DNA of 64,000 bases, taken from Verrucomicrobiales bacterium (lineage in GTDB: Bacteria; Verrucomicrobiota; Verrucomicrobiia; Verrucomicrobiales; V1-33). The number at the start of each line of letters is the position of its first letter. Within the stretch, counting starts at the first letter, position 1. The translations under genes and the position numbers were made by a program. The stretch lies in assembly GCA_031411295.1 (NCBI GenBank), contig JANOAV010000035.1:1-64000 (forward strand), written 5' to 3'. This document shows, in pieces, positions 20,246 through 30,798 of the stretch. The notes below the pieces were generated by a model, which searched no databases, was not told the origin of the DNA, and saw only the letters and a list, made by a program, of their open reading frames with translations.

Positions 20246-20746
20246 TTAGTGATCGATCCGCTCTTTGACTTCATCCAGCACAGCCCACGGATCATTGGGT
20301 GATACGACGGTGTGGTCTTCAGAAATCGGCACATACTCGCTGGCGGAAGCGAATTTGCCCACAGCCGAACAGACACGCGTAGCATCAGAAGAATCTTCGC
20401 AATGCGGGTAGCCCGGGAGGGCGAGCAGTATGTCCTCCCGAAGAAACTCTGTCAAATCCAGATTTGATCTTCCTTCACGTTCTGTTTCACCCACATACGG
20501 GTTTAAATTTAACTTCCACGGAAATTTTTCTGCGCAGCGACTGCACTCCAATTCAAACTCTGACTCGACGGTTCCTTCCACGATCACCAAATCTTTGTCG
20601 AGCGTGACCTGCACGTCGAAGGTCGTTAATCCAATGGGGATGGGGCCATGCGGGTCCCGTTCGACAAATACGGCGGGCCGCAACTCCCCGACGAATTGGA
20701 TCCCCTCTGGGGGAAGGTCATTCAAATGCACATTAAAGATGGCCAT
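20246..20746 (-). CDS. yceD: YceD/DUF177 protein
   Basis: CSRC, LREDILLALP, DPWAVL; directly upstream of rpmF. Confidence 0.9.
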   Translation of the reverse strand: MAIFNVHLNDLPPEGIQFVGELRPAVFVERDPHGPIPIGLTTFDVQVTLDKDLVIVEGTVESEFELECSRCAEKFPWKLNLNPYVGETEREGRSNLDLTEFLREDILLALPGYPHCEDSSDATRVCSAVGKFASASEYVPISEDHTVVSPNDPWAVLDEVKERIDH

Positions 20747-20898
20747 ATGTTTGCTGGTTTCGGGGCAACTCTAGTCGCACGCAAGGGAAATACCAAGCGG
20801 CAATTGCAACGGGCGCGAAAATTTACTTGAGTTACCTGAGTCGATTGGATCAAAATTGGCTTGTCGGCCGGATCCATTCCTGTCACGATGTTGAGCTT

Positions 20899-21345
20899 AT
20901 GAATAAATTCTCACTACCAAAATGGATGCGCCCGGTTCTGCTGGCCTTAGCCACCCTCGGCCTCGTGAGCTGCGCGGGCGGCCCGACGTATGCCGAGGTT
21001 AAAGGCACGCTGCCCCCCATCGCCAAGAACCAGGGGAGGGTCTTTGTCTATCGCCCGAGCAGCCTGGGTTTTGGTGTTAAACCCATGGTGAAAATTGATG
21101 GCAAAGAAGTCGGCCAGTCTGAGGGCCGAGGTTTCTTCTACACCGATCAAGCGCCTGGCACCCATGAAATTTCCCTGGCGACTGAGTGGAAGCACAAGAA
21201 CACACTCCAAGTGCAGGCTGGCAAACCGAGCTTCGTCCATTGCAAGGTAGTCCCTGGCGTCTTGGTGGGCCACATCATTCCGAATCAAGTGGATCAGGCG
21301 GAAGCGGAGGCGGAGTTGAGTGAGTGCAAGCTTACGGAAAAGTAA
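20899..21345 (+). CDS. DUF2846-like lipoprotein
   Basis: Lipobox LVSC, VFVYRP, PGTHEI. Confidence 0.8.
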   Translation: MNKFSLPKWMRPVLLALATLGLVSCAGGPTYAEVKGTLPPIAKNQGRVFVYRPSSLGFGVKPMVKIDGKEVGQSEGRGFFYTDQAPGTHEISLATEWKHKNTLQVQAGKPSFVHCKVVPGVLVGHIIPNQVDQAEAEAELSECKLTEK

Positions 21346-21372
21346 GCGTCAAGGCATCCTTCCTAACAACTA

Positions 21373-22128
21373 TTACCTGAAGCTGTCAGCGAAGAGTTGC
21401 TTCATGGCCGCCCATGATTGCTGGTCGGCCTTCTCTTGATAGGCCGGGCCGGGTTTCGTGAAGCCGTGCTGGGCACCTTCGTAGGTAACGAATTCCAACT
21501 TGGCTTTGGATTTCAGCATTTCTTCCTTAAAGGCGGGGACTTCTTGGTTCACATGTTGATCCGCCCCGCCATGGCAGACGAGGATCTTTGCTTTGATGGC
21601 GTTTTCAGCGGCAGGAGCGCTCGTGGCTAATCCGCCATGGAAACTGACCACCACTTGAATGTCGGCCCCGCTGCGGGCCAGTTCCAGAACACACGATCCT
21701 CCGAAACAATACCCGATGGCACCGAGGCGTTTCCCGTCCACTTGCGGACGGGATTTTAATTGATCCAGCCCGGCCATGACGCGGCGGCGGAGCAGGGGCA
21801 AATCCTTGCGGTAAGCGCCAGCACAGACCGCGCATTCTTTGGGGTCCGTGGGGCGGATGTCTTTGCCGTAAATGTCCGGAGCGAAGGCCACGTAACCCAA
21901 AGCGGCAATTTGCTTGGCGCGGTCCTTGGCATAATCCTGGAGGCCGGTCCAGTCGTGCACGACGAGCACGCCTGGCATCGGGGTGGTAATGGCATCATCG
22001 TAGGCGAGGAATCCCTCCAGCACGGTATCGCCTTCCTTATAGGTAACGGCTTCGGTGTGGATGGCTGCGCGAGACGAGGCCGCCAGAATCAGGAAGAGGG
22101 TGCAGATGCGGAGAAAGTTGGGTTTCAT
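21373..22128 (-). CDS. Dienelactone hydrolase-family protein, exported
   Basis: GYCFGG nucleophile motif, SFHG, HGF; signal peptide. Confidence 0.93.
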   Translation of the reverse strand: MKPNFLRICTLFLILAASSRAAIHTEAVTYKEGDTVLEGFLAYDDAITTPMPGVLVVHDWTGLQDYAKDRAKQIAALGYVAFAPDIYGKDIRPTDPKECAVCAGAYRKDLPLLRRRVMAGLDQLKSRPQVDGKRLGAIGYCFGGSCVLELARSGADIQVVVSFHGGLATSAPAAENAIKAKILVCHGGADQHVNQEVPAFKEEMLKSKAKLEFVTYEGAQHGFTKPGPAYQEKADQQSWAAMKQLFADSFR

Positions 22129-22277
22129 AGATGGGTGGAAACTTTCACGGAAACAACGCTTACGCAAGCAGCATGGCGGGCCATCTTAGGCTCCCGCAGT
22201 CCGCCGCGGACGATTGGTCTGCTGCAAGCCGTTCGTAAAGCGTTTGCAAATCTGACGGCTGCTCCTAATTGACGGAT

Positions 22278-23090
22278 ATGACGAATCGAATTGATACTGC
22301 TTTTGAACAACTACGAGCTTCCGGCGGGAAGGCGTTTGTGGCCTATGTTTGCGCTGGCGACCCTGATCTGGCGCGGACGGTGGAGATTGTGCAAGTGTTG
22401 GAGCGCTGCGGGGTGGATATTGTGGAGCTGGGCTTGCCCTTTTCCGATCCGCTGGCGGATGGCATTGTGAATCAAATGGCCGCAGGCCGGGCCTTGGCCG
22501 CAGGGGCGACGACCGCTGGCGTCCTGGAGACCGTGAAGGAAATTCGCAAGGTGTCCGCGGTGCCGTTAGTGTTGTTCACGTATTTGAATCCCGTCTATAC
22601 CTATGGATTCGAGAAGTTCCATGCCGACGCAGCCGCAGCGGGGGCGGATGGGGTGCTGTTATTGGATTTGCCGGCCGATGAACAGTCCCGCAATGCCGAG
22701 TTGCCGCAGCAACATAATCTACGTCGGATCGGCTTGATTGCTCCCACCACTCCGCCGGAACGGGCGCAGCAGATCGCCAGTGTGGCGGAAGGCTTCATCT
22801 ACTATATTTCCCGGGAAGGGGTAACTGGAGCGCAGGTGGCGTTGGCGGAAAATTTAGCCGCGCAGTCGGCGGCCATCATGGCGGTAAGCAAGGTGCCCGT
22901 GTGCGTGGGCTTCGGCATTTCCACGCCCGCGCAAGCGGCTGCGGTGACGGCGGCGGCGGACGGGGTAGTGGTGGGCAGCGCGATCGTGAAGGTGGTGGAG
23001 AAATATGGCAACAGTCCAGAATTGGCGGCCCAACTGGAAGCTTTCGTGCGCCCACTGGTGCTGGCGGCCAAGGGTTCCGGCAACGTGTAG
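22278..23090 (+). CDS. trpA: Tryptophan synthase alpha chain
   Basis: ELGLPFSDPLADG, GVTG, VGFGIS, DGVVVGSA. Confidence 0.98.
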   Translation: MTNRIDTAFEQLRASGGKAFVAYVCAGDPDLARTVEIVQVLERCGVDIVELGLPFSDPLADGIVNQMAAGRALAAGATTAGVLETVKEIRKVSAVPLVLFTYLNPVYTYGFEKFHADAAAAGADGVLLLDLPADEQSRNAELPQQHNLRRIGLIAPTTPPERAQQIASVAEGFIYYISREGVTGAQVALAENLAAQSAAIMAVSKVPVCVGFGISTPAQAAAVTAAADGVVVGSAIVKVVEKYGNSPELAAQLEAFVRPLVLAAKGSGNV

Positions 23091-23102
23091 TTTTTCCACC
23101 CC

Positions 23103-24050
23103 ATGCCGATTTCCTCCGGGGCCATTCTCTCGGCCACCCTGCCCGTCTTCGCTTGTGTGGCGTTGGGGGCATGGCTGCGGGGTCGGGGAAAATTGCTGCC
23201 ATCGGCTGACAGCTCGATTCTGTTTCTGGCCATCTATATAACTTATCCCGCTTACATTCTGCGGAAGATCCTGGGAGATCCGGAGTTGCACCGGGCCACC
23301 AATCTGTTGGTGCCAGCCCTCTGTGGGGCCGGATTTATGTTGCTGGCCATGGGGTTGGCGCGGTTGACGGCCCCTTGGTTCGGACTGCGCACGAAGGCGG
23401 AGAAGGGCACGTTTGCGGTCACGTGTTCGATCCAAAACTATGGCTATATTCCCATCCCCATTCTCTCGGCGTTATTTCCCGATCAAGCCTGGGTGGGGAT
23501 CCTATTCATTTATACGCTGGGCGTAGAACTCGTCCTCTGGACCGTTGGGGTGGTGGTGTTGGGCGGAGATGGTAAAGCGAATCTCCGGCAACTAATGAAT
23601 CCGGTGGTCCTGAGCATCGTGGTCGGGGTGGCGGCCAATTTCCTCGGCTGGGATACCTACGTGCCCGAGTGGCTGGGGCGCTGGCTGGAAATGATCGGGA
23701 TGTGCTCCTTCCCGCTCGGGCTGATCATGTTCGGCACCTCCCTGGCGGATTTGCTAGGCACTCCTGGCTGGCATAGAGAATGGGGCACTCCGGTGGGTGG
23801 GATTCTCTTGCGACTGGCCCTACTGCCGCTGACCATGATCGGCCTGACCTACTGGATTCAGCCCGGGGAGCACCTGCGGCACATCATAGCCGTGCAGGCC
23901 GCCATGCCTGCCGCGATGATCCCCTTGATCATGGCGAAACGCTATGGAGGAGATGAGGGCACGGCTATGCGGGTCATCTTGTTCACCACTTTGGTTAGCT
24001 TGGGCACCATTCCTTTGGTGGTTCAGGCCGCTTTACGCTGGCTTCATTGA
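23103..24050 (+). CDS. AEC (auxin efflux carrier)-family transporter
   Basis: About 10 TM helices, NYGYIPIP, AAMPAA. Confidence 0.9.
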   Translation: MPISSGAILSATLPVFACVALGAWLRGRGKLLPSADSSILFLAIYITYPAYILRKILGDPELHRATNLLVPALCGAGFMLLAMGLARLTAPWFGLRTKAEKGTFAVTCSIQNYGYIPIPILSALFPDQAWVGILFIYTLGVELVLWTVGVVVLGGDGKANLRQLMNPVVLSIVVGVAANFLGWDTYVPEWLGRWLEMIGMCSFPLGLIMFGTSLADLLGTPGWHREWGTPVGGILLRLALLPLTMIGLTYWIQPGEHLRHIIAVQAAMPAAMIPLIMAKRYGGDEGTAMRVILFTTLVSLGTIPLVVQAALRWLH

Positions 24051-24264
24051 CCGGGGCGGCATGCTTCCCCTTGAGTTCCTTGCTGGGATGACGAAATTTT
24101 TTCGCAAGGAGGCTCCCCCCTTGGCAATTCCCCCTTTACACCTTAGTATCCCTGCTGCTAAGTTGGTTGGTTTACGGGACTTTGGGATGTATGTCCACGG
24201 TCTCTTCTGATTTTCCAATTTTGCCAGTTTTCACTTCCGCCCATCCGGTTAAGCCCATTTTGCT

Positions 24265-26688
24265 ATGAACTTCTCTAGCCGCCTCATTTTTGCTCTCGCC
24301 CTCACTGCCTCACCTCTGGCTGCCCAAGGACTGGAAATGCTTTCCGAAGTAGCGGAACGTCTTGGCGGTGCTGACATTGATGCCAAGAATGGTGTGACCT
24401 TCGACAAGAACGCCGGTTCTCTCGTCTGGGATGGTGGCATCCACCTGAAGTCAGAGGCGATGGAGATTTTTGCAGAACGTGCTGAATACGTGGTGGAACA
24501 GGAACATCTGGTCATCACAGGTGATGTGTCGGTTTATAAGGACGGCATGGTTTATCGTGGAGAAAAAGCCATTTATTCCAGCAAGACCAATCAGTTGGAT
24601 GCGAGCGGAATGCGCAGTTCGCTTGAGCCCCGTGCCCCTTTGTGGTTCAAGTCATCTTCCTTCAACAGTGCGACTAGTGGTGACGTCGAGGTGATCAACT
24701 CCAGCGGAATGGAAATCACCACGGAAGACTCTTCCGATCCGGGCTTCCACATCTCCGCCAAAGAAGTCAAAATTTACCCAGAGGACCGGATCGTCTTCAA
24801 GAATCTGAAAGCCTACATTGGTGACGTGCCCGTCTTCTGGCTTCCTTATCTGGCCCAACCGCTGGATGAGGAACAGGGTTACACCTTCACCCCAGGCTAT
24901 CGCAGCAACATGGGGGGCTTCCTGCTTAATCAATTTGGTGATGTCATCGGAGACCATTCCATCATCAAATACAAGCTCGACGGCTACTCCGCCCGCGGCA
25001 TTGGCACTGGCTTGGAGATCCACTCACGCAAGTTTAAAGAGATGGCTCAGGGGCAAAATTTCGGTAAATTCAATTTCTATTGGATCAATGACACCAACCC
25101 TCTGGAAGGTGGCTTGGCCACCAATCAGGATCGCACTGGGGTTGACGCCAATCGCTATCGGGTCAATCTCCAGCACCGGGTCTATCTCCCGGGGCCTGAA
25201 GCGAGCGATCTCTACATCGATCTGGATCTGAACAAAATCAGCGACGAGTTCTTCTACGAAGACTTCTTCCCATGGGAATTCCGCGAAGACCCGCAGCCAG
25301 ATAATATCATCAATATCGTGAAGACCCATGAACGGGGTGAGTTAAGTGTGCTGACGCGTCTGCAACTCAATGATTTCTACTCCACGGATACCCGCCTGCC
25401 AGAAATCGCGCTGGAGGCGGTCAAGCAGCCGATCGGACAAACCGGCCTCTTCTACGGCAGCAACACCAGCTTCGGGATTTTGGAAGATCACTTGGGGTCG
25501 GGAGACAAGGACGCGCTAACTAGGCGGATCGACCAGATCGAAGCGCTGCTGGCAGCTGACGCCGCAGGCATTCCACTGGAAGAGGCCTTGACCAAAGACG
25601 GCAAAAAGGTCAACATTGAGAAGGTTGGCAACGGCATCTTGAAACCAGGTGAGAAGTTCAAATTATCCCAAGCGGACGACGTTCTTAGCCAATTGCGCAG
25701 CCAAGCCAATGAATCCAAGTTCAATCGCTTCCATACCTACCACGAGCTGAGCTATCCCACGGTGGTAGGCGGTGGCATCACGCTGGCACCCCGGGTTGGC
25801 GTTGGTTTTACGAATTACTCCAGTGTGAGTGGCCCGCAGCCGCTGAATACCTCCCGGGCCATCGTGGCCGCAGGACTGGAGGCATCCACCAAATTCTCCC
25901 GCACCTATGATGATGTGGTCATCCCCAGCCTCGGGCTCAATGGCGTGCGTCATGTGGTCCAGCCCTACCTCAACTGGTCGTATGTCAACGCCGACGACCA
26001 AGGGACCGAATTCGGTGGCATCGACCGCTTGGTCCGCAGCACCGAGCCGCGGTCGCTCGACGTCAATAATTTCACGGCGGTTGATTCACTCAGTAACTGG
26101 AACATCGTGCGCGCTGGTGTCACCAATCGCTTCCAAACCAAGCGCAATGGAGGAAGTTTCAACTGGCTCCAAACCAACACCTACGTCGATGCCTACATCG
26201 AGGATCCGGAATTCGACCGTTCGCTCTCCAACCTCTACAACGAGATTACCTTCGAACCACTGAGCTGGATGCGCCTCAATATCGATTCCCAATTGCCCAT
26301 CGGCGGTGGTGACAATTCATTCTCCCAACTCAACACTCGCGTGCGCTTCATGCCCCGCAAGGACTTGGAGTTCACGATTGGACACCGTTTCCTCAAGGAC
26401 CATCCTTACTTTGAAAATAGCAGCCTGATCGACCTGGGCACATACTACCGGATTAATGACAACTGGGGCATCAGTGCTTACGAGCGTTTCGAAGCGGACG
26501 ACAGCACGCTGGAAATGCAACAATACTCCATTCATCGCGACCTCGCTTCATGGGCTATGTCCTTGGGTGCAGTGATCCGTGACAACCGTGGCGAAACCGA
26601 ATATGGCATGGTGTTCAGTCTTACGCTGAAGGAATTCCCCGGCGTGCGGATTCCCATCGATTACGACCCCACTGGCGGAAACCGCTAA
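24265..26688 (+). CDS. lptD: LPS-assembly outer membrane protein LptD
   Basis: Signal peptide, OstA-like N-domain, VPVFWLPY, RLPEI, RHVVQP, amphipathic beta strands. Confidence 0.85.
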   Translation: MNFSSRLIFALALTASPLAAQGLEMLSEVAERLGGADIDAKNGVTFDKNAGSLVWDGGIHLKSEAMEIFAERAEYVVEQEHLVITGDVSVYKDGMVYRGEKAIYSSKTNQLDASGMRSSLEPRAPLWFKSSSFNSATSGDVEVINSSGMEITTEDSSDPGFHISAKEVKIYPEDRIVFKNLKAYIGDVPVFWLPYLAQPLDEEQGYTFTPGYRSNMGGFLLNQFGDVIGDHSIIKYKLDGYSARGIGTGLEIHSRKFKEMAQGQNFGKFNFYWINDTNPLEGGLATNQDRTGVDANRYRVNLQHRVYLPGPEASDLYIDLDLNKISDEFFYEDFFPWEFREDPQPDNIINIVKTHERGELSVLTRLQLNDFYSTDTRLPEIALEAVKQPIGQTGLFYGSNTSFGILEDHLGSGDKDALTRRIDQIEALLAADAAGIPLEEALTKDGKKVNIEKVGNGILKPGEKFKLSQADDVLSQLRSQANESKFNRFHTYHELSYPTVVGGGITLAPRVGVGFTNYSSVSGPQPLNTSRAIVAAGLEASTKFSRTYDDVVIPSLGLNGVRHVVQPYLNWSYVNADDQGTEFGGIDRLVRSTEPRSLDVNNFTAVDSLSNWNIVRAGVTNRFQTKRNGGSFNWLQTNTYVDAYIEDPEFDRSLSNLYNEITFEPLSWMRLNIDSQLPIGGGDNSFSQLNTRVRFMPRKDLEFTIGHRFLKDHPYFENSSLIDLGTYYRINDNWGISAYERFEADDSTLEMQQYSIHRDLASWAMSLGAVIRDNRGETEYGMVFSLTLKEFPGVRIPIDYDPTGGNR

Positions 26689-26714
26689 TCGCCAGCACCA
26701 GAGCCACGACGAGG

Positions 26715-28352
26715 ATGAAACCGCTCCTAGTCGCGCCCGTTTATGCTGCACTAACGTGGTTCCTTTCCCGCGCAGAGCCTGCGCATGCCGCTGCGGACGG
26801 TCAGTCCCTCTACACTCAGTATTGCGCCATGTGCCACCAGGCGGGTGGCCAGGGTATCCCTGCAATTTTTCCGCCGTTGGCAAAATCTGATTTCCTAAAA
26901 CAACAACGGATCAAGGCCATCCAAGCTCCCTGTGAAGGCCTTTCTGGGAAGATCGTGGTGAACGGTCTGGAATATAACAGCGCCATGCCCATGGTGGTGC
27001 TGGATGATGTCAAGCTGGCTGCCGTGATGACTTATATTTTCACCAGTTGGGGGAATGCCGAAGCGCCCGTGGATGAAAAGGAAGTCGCTCAGGCGCGGGC
27101 GGGAACCAAGTTTCCCACCTTCGTGAAACTGCAGGCTGCCAATGGCTTCAGTCCATTGCCCACGGCACCGGAAGGCTGGGAACTGGCCGAAGCCGGACAA
27201 CTTCAGTTCTCCCCCGCGCGCATGGCTTATCGACCCGGGGATTCCATGGTGCTGCTGTTAACCGGGGACGGCCATGTCTGGAATTTTTCCCCCAGCACTG
27301 GCCAAGCCGCGCACTTGCTGGCGCCTTCGGATTACCTGGACCCCAAGCAGGGCACGCCCGCCTCCTACGGCATCGGTTGGGATCGTGAGCATCACTTCTA
27401 CATCACCAGCAACCAACGCCAGGAGTTCGTCATTCCCAACGTGAACCTTGCCACCGTCTGGCGCACCACTCCGATTCTCCCCGGTTCACCCCTAACTTCG
27501 TTACCGAAACCAACCGCGTGGTTCCAAACGAAATACAACTGGGGCATCGGCGGCTTTAACCACGGTATCTCTCACATCGCACAGGGGCCGGACGGATTCC
27601 TCTACGTCACCAGCGGCAGCCGCACGGACGGCGGTGAACTCGGCAATGATGAACGATACTCCAAAGAAGGCGAAACTCCGGTGACGGCCTGCCTCTGGAA
27701 ATTGGATCCCAAGCTGGAGCATCCCATCTTGGAAACTTTCGCTCATGGGATGCGCAATGCCTTCGGCTTCGCTTGGACCAGTGCCGGAGAGCACTATGCC
27801 GTAGTCAACGGTCCCGATGCGGACATGCCAGAAGAACTCGACCACCTCAAGCCAGGGAAACATTACGGGTTCCCCTATCAGTTCGGAGACTCCACCGCCA
27901 AAGCCTATCCCTACACCCCCGAAGCCCCGGTGGGACTAACGTTTACCTACCCAGTCCTGAATCAAGGGCCGGACGGGCTGGACTATCAGAAGAAGATCCC
28001 CACCGCCACCTTTACCCCGCACAGCAGTCCCGCAGGAATCATTTGGTTGGAAGATGAAATTTATCCCTCAGCGTATCGCCACAGCTTCTTCACCGTGCGC
28101 TTCGGAAATCTCCTCACGCGGGACCAAGATTCCGGGTTCGACCTGCTTCAGATCAAATTAAACCCTGCCACGGAATCAGGCGAAACCGCCACCATCAAGA
28201 CGATTCTGCATCCCTTGGCCCGTCCAATCGATCTGATCGAATACCGCCCTGGCCACCTCCTCATCGCAGAATATAGCCGAGGCATTACTTACGCCGCAGG
28301 ACTGGGGCAACCTGGACGCATTCTGAGCTTCCGGCTGAAATCGAGGCCCTGA
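26715..28352 (+). CDS. Cytochrome c fused to glucose/sorbosone dehydrogenase-like beta-propeller
   Basis: CAMCH plus distal Met; GPDGFLYV.SGS, GMRNAFGFAW, HYGFPY, HSSPAG. Confidence 0.85.
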   Translation: MKPLLVAPVYAALTWFLSRAEPAHAAADGQSLYTQYCAMCHQAGGQGIPAIFPPLAKSDFLKQQRIKAIQAPCEGLSGKIVVNGLEYNSAMPMVVLDDVKLAAVMTYIFTSWGNAEAPVDEKEVAQARAGTKFPTFVKLQAANGFSPLPTAPEGWELAEAGQLQFSPARMAYRPGDSMVLLLTGDGHVWNFSPSTGQAAHLLAPSDYLDPKQGTPASYGIGWDREHHFYITSNQRQEFVIPNVNLATVWRTTPILPGSPLTSLPKPTAWFQTKYNWGIGGFNHGISHIAQGPDGFLYVTSGSRTDGGELGNDERYSKEGETPVTACLWKLDPKLEHPILETFAHGMRNAFGFAWTSAGEHYAVVNGPDADMPEELDHLKPGKHYGFPYQFGDSTAKAYPYTPEAPVGLTFTYPVLNQGPDGLDYQKKIPTATFTPHSSPAGIIWLEDEIYPSAYRHSFFTVRFGNLLTRDQDSGFDLLQIKLNPATESGETATIKTILHPLARPIDLIEYRPGHLLIAEYSRGITYAAGLGQPGRILSFRLKSRP

Positions 28353-28356
28353 AGAA

Positions 28357-29733
28357 TTATAATCCTGGAATCAGCGAGTTAAGCAGCGCATTCTCCAGAA
28401 TTGGGGTCACCCGATCTTCGACTTCGGGCTTACCCGTCGGCCCTGTGAGACCCATGGGAATGCTCAGGCGTCCATCGGGAAGAATGAGATTCTGTTTGCG
28501 AAACAACTCCATAACTTTATCCGCCAACGGGCCACCAAAGCTGCTGCCCAGTTTATTCCGGATGAATTCCTGCAGGCCTTTGAGCGCCTGATCTGACACA
28601 GATTTCGAACCGGTTATTTTTAGATCCAGTTGGCAGGTCTCGTCGGACAAATTGAACCAACTACCTCGGTTCAGCGCTAGTTCGTAGTTGTCCAGCGCGA
28701 GCAAAAAGTCGCTCTGGGTCGTGAGTTTGTTGGCCCCATAGGTCATCTCGACACGGGCGTCATTTTGAATGGTGGCTCGGTCAGGGAGCGGTTCCACGAT
28801 TAGGCCATACTTTTCCCACTTTTTCATCTTTTCATAAATCCGCTTGAGTGCAGGCACGTCCTGAAAGGTAGAATCCTTCGCGATCATGACCGCAAAGGGA
28901 ACTTCTTGCAGATGGCCGGTTTTGGGATCAAAGGGAGACGCGTCCAATCGCAACTGCACGCCCAGATCCACCTGCTGCGCCATCTTCTTGGCGAAGATCT
29001 GGAACCGACCATCCAAACTCATTCCCAGATGGTTTTTCTGGGTCAGATGACCGCCATCAATCAGCACGTTCTGTAAAGTCAGATTAGCATCCTCAAAACG
29101 CACCAACTGCCGGCTCTTCATGTTCTTGAAATCCAGACGCACATGCTCGATGCGGGCATTGGCGATGGCTGGAGCCAGCGGTAAATCCTTGGCGCGGAAC
29201 TCACGCTCGACTGCGGGTTCAGTCCCGGGCAGGTTGGGTTGTTTAATCAACGCAGGGTTCGGCTTGCCAGCCACGATCAACGGTTTGGTAAAGAGCACAT
29301 TGAGGGCACTCGCCCCGGTTTCAGGGGTCTCAGCATACAAACTAACCTGTTGCACCAGCAATTGATCCACCTGCAAATCCCGTTTCAGCAGGCCCCACAA
29401 GCTGATGGATAAATCCAGATTTTCCACCCCCAGAATGACCGCCTTGCCCTCCAAAGGCAGCCTTTCGGCTAGGGGCCTGCCCGCGTCCGCATCCGCCTCA
29501 CGCGCCGCAAGTTTCAGCCCCTTTAAGGTGACTTTCGCAGGCAGACTCCATAAGTTCACGGAACCACCCGTCACTTCGGCCCGGCAGTTGTAGGTGGCCT
29601 CTATGCGTTCCACCAGCGCAGCAGGCTGGGCCCATCGCGAGAGCAACCATTGCAGGATAACCAACAGCAGTAATGGCAATACCAGTAAAAGTGTTAGCCA
29701 TACCTTCCAACGAGCGAGCAGACGTTTGATCAT
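28357..29733 (-). CDS. AsmA-like protein (start uncertain)
   Basis: N-terminal TM, beta-rich body, C-terminal IPMGLTGPTGKPEV motif. Confidence 0.7.
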   Translation of the reverse strand: MIKRLLARWKVWLTLLLVLPLLLLVILQWLLSRWAQPAALVERIEATYNCRAEVTGGSVNLWSLPAKVTLKGLKLAAREADADAGRPLAERLPLEGKAVILGVENLDLSISLWGLLKRDLQVDQLLVQQVSLYAETPETGASALNVLFTKPLIVAGKPNPALIKQPNLPGTEPAVEREFRAKDLPLAPAIANARIEHVRLDFKNMKSRQLVRFEDANLTLQNVLIDGGHLTQKNHLGMSLDGRFQIFAKKMAQQVDLGVQLRLDASPFDPKTGHLQEVPFAVMIAKDSTFQDVPALKRIYEKMKKWEKYGLIVEPLPDRATIQNDARVEMTYGANKLTTQSDFLLALDNYELALNRGSWFNLSDETCQLDLKITGSKSVSDQALKGLQEFIRNKLGSSFGGPLADKVMELFRKQNLILPDGRLSIPMGLTGPTGKPEVEDRVTPILENALLNSLIPGL

Positions 29734-29836
29734 CAAGTATCGTAAACGCATACAGCCGCTTGGCGAATAGTAAATGGCGTCGTGCGCTACGCCATTGCGA
29801 CTCCGCTGGCAGCGCAGACAAATCCCCCCAACTGGG

Positions 29837-30793
29837 CTATGCTGGGGACGAACCACGGCGGCTCAGCGTGGCCATGGCAACCAATACCCCCAGCGTGACG
29901 GTGGCCAGGACCAGATGGGCTGGTTGCAAATAGGCTGGGAGATTCAAGCGGATTAACAGAACCCCGATGCCATAACTGGCTCCCAAACAGGCACCGAGAA
30001 CCATGTTCAATCCAGCAAACGGGCGGGCGGGATTGAGGCGGAGCCCGAAGAAGAGCCAGGCCACCCCAAATACGGTCAACGCTGCAAGGAGGCGGTGGGC
30101 CAGATAAGTCTGTCCAAGGAAAGACTCCAACGACACCCTGCCGTCACAGCAATGACCTGCATCAATGAAGGTGTCCACCTGCTCCCGCATCTGGGTGCCC
30201 AACAGGATTTGCCCCACCACTAGTCCGAGAGATAACCACAGCGCTTGACGCATTTTTGAAGATAAGACAATGGCGGACTGTTGTTTCACCCGCTGCCAGA
30301 TGCGACCACTGGCAATCACCGATCCCATCACCAAGAGCAGTCCGCCGAGCATGTGAATCGTCACCTGGCGAGGGTGTAAATTTTTGTCCACCACCGTTTT
30401 ACCCAACCAAATCACGATCGCTGCCAAGATCATCGCGCTCACGAGCAGTAATGGTGTCCCGCGGTCCTTCCTCCAGGCGAAGCAGCTGGCGATGAAAACT
30501 CCGAGCAAAGCAAATCCAAATGCCGCCCCCAGGAGACGATTCGTGTATTCGGTCCACGTTTTGAAAGCATTGAAGGGGGAAATTTCCTGGCCAGGATAGC
30601 GCGTCTGGTAGTCCGCAGGTAACTCTGAAACATCCGTGGGTGGGATCCAATGGCCAAAACACTTTGGCCAGTCAGGACACCCCATACCGGAGCCCGTGGC
30701 CCGAACGACTGATCCAGCCACTACCACCAAGCCTACAAGAATGGTGGCGCTCAAAGCCAACCGCAGCAACCAACGGTCGAACGTAGTGCTCAT
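29837..30793 (-). CDS. ctaA: Heme A synthase (COX15/CtaA)
   Basis: GSGMGCPDWPKCFG, EYTNRL (Asn at the usual first His), 8 TM, three later His retained. Confidence 0.93.
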   Translation of the reverse strand: MSTTFDRWLLRLALSATILVGLVVVAGSVVRATGSGMGCPDWPKCFGHWIPPTDVSELPADYQTRYPGQEISPFNAFKTWTEYTNRLLGAAFGFALLGVFIASCFAWRKDRGTPLLLVSAMILAAIVIWLGKTVVDKNLHPRQVTIHMLGGLLLVMGSVIASGRIWQRVKQQSAIVLSSKMRQALWLSLGLVVGQILLGTQMREQVDTFIDAGHCCDGRVSLESFLGQTYLAHRLLAALTVFGVAWLFFGLRLNPARPFAGLNMVLGACLGASYGIGVLLIRLNLPAYLQPAHLVLATVTLGVLVAMATLSRRGSSPA

Positions 30794-30798
30794 GGCAA

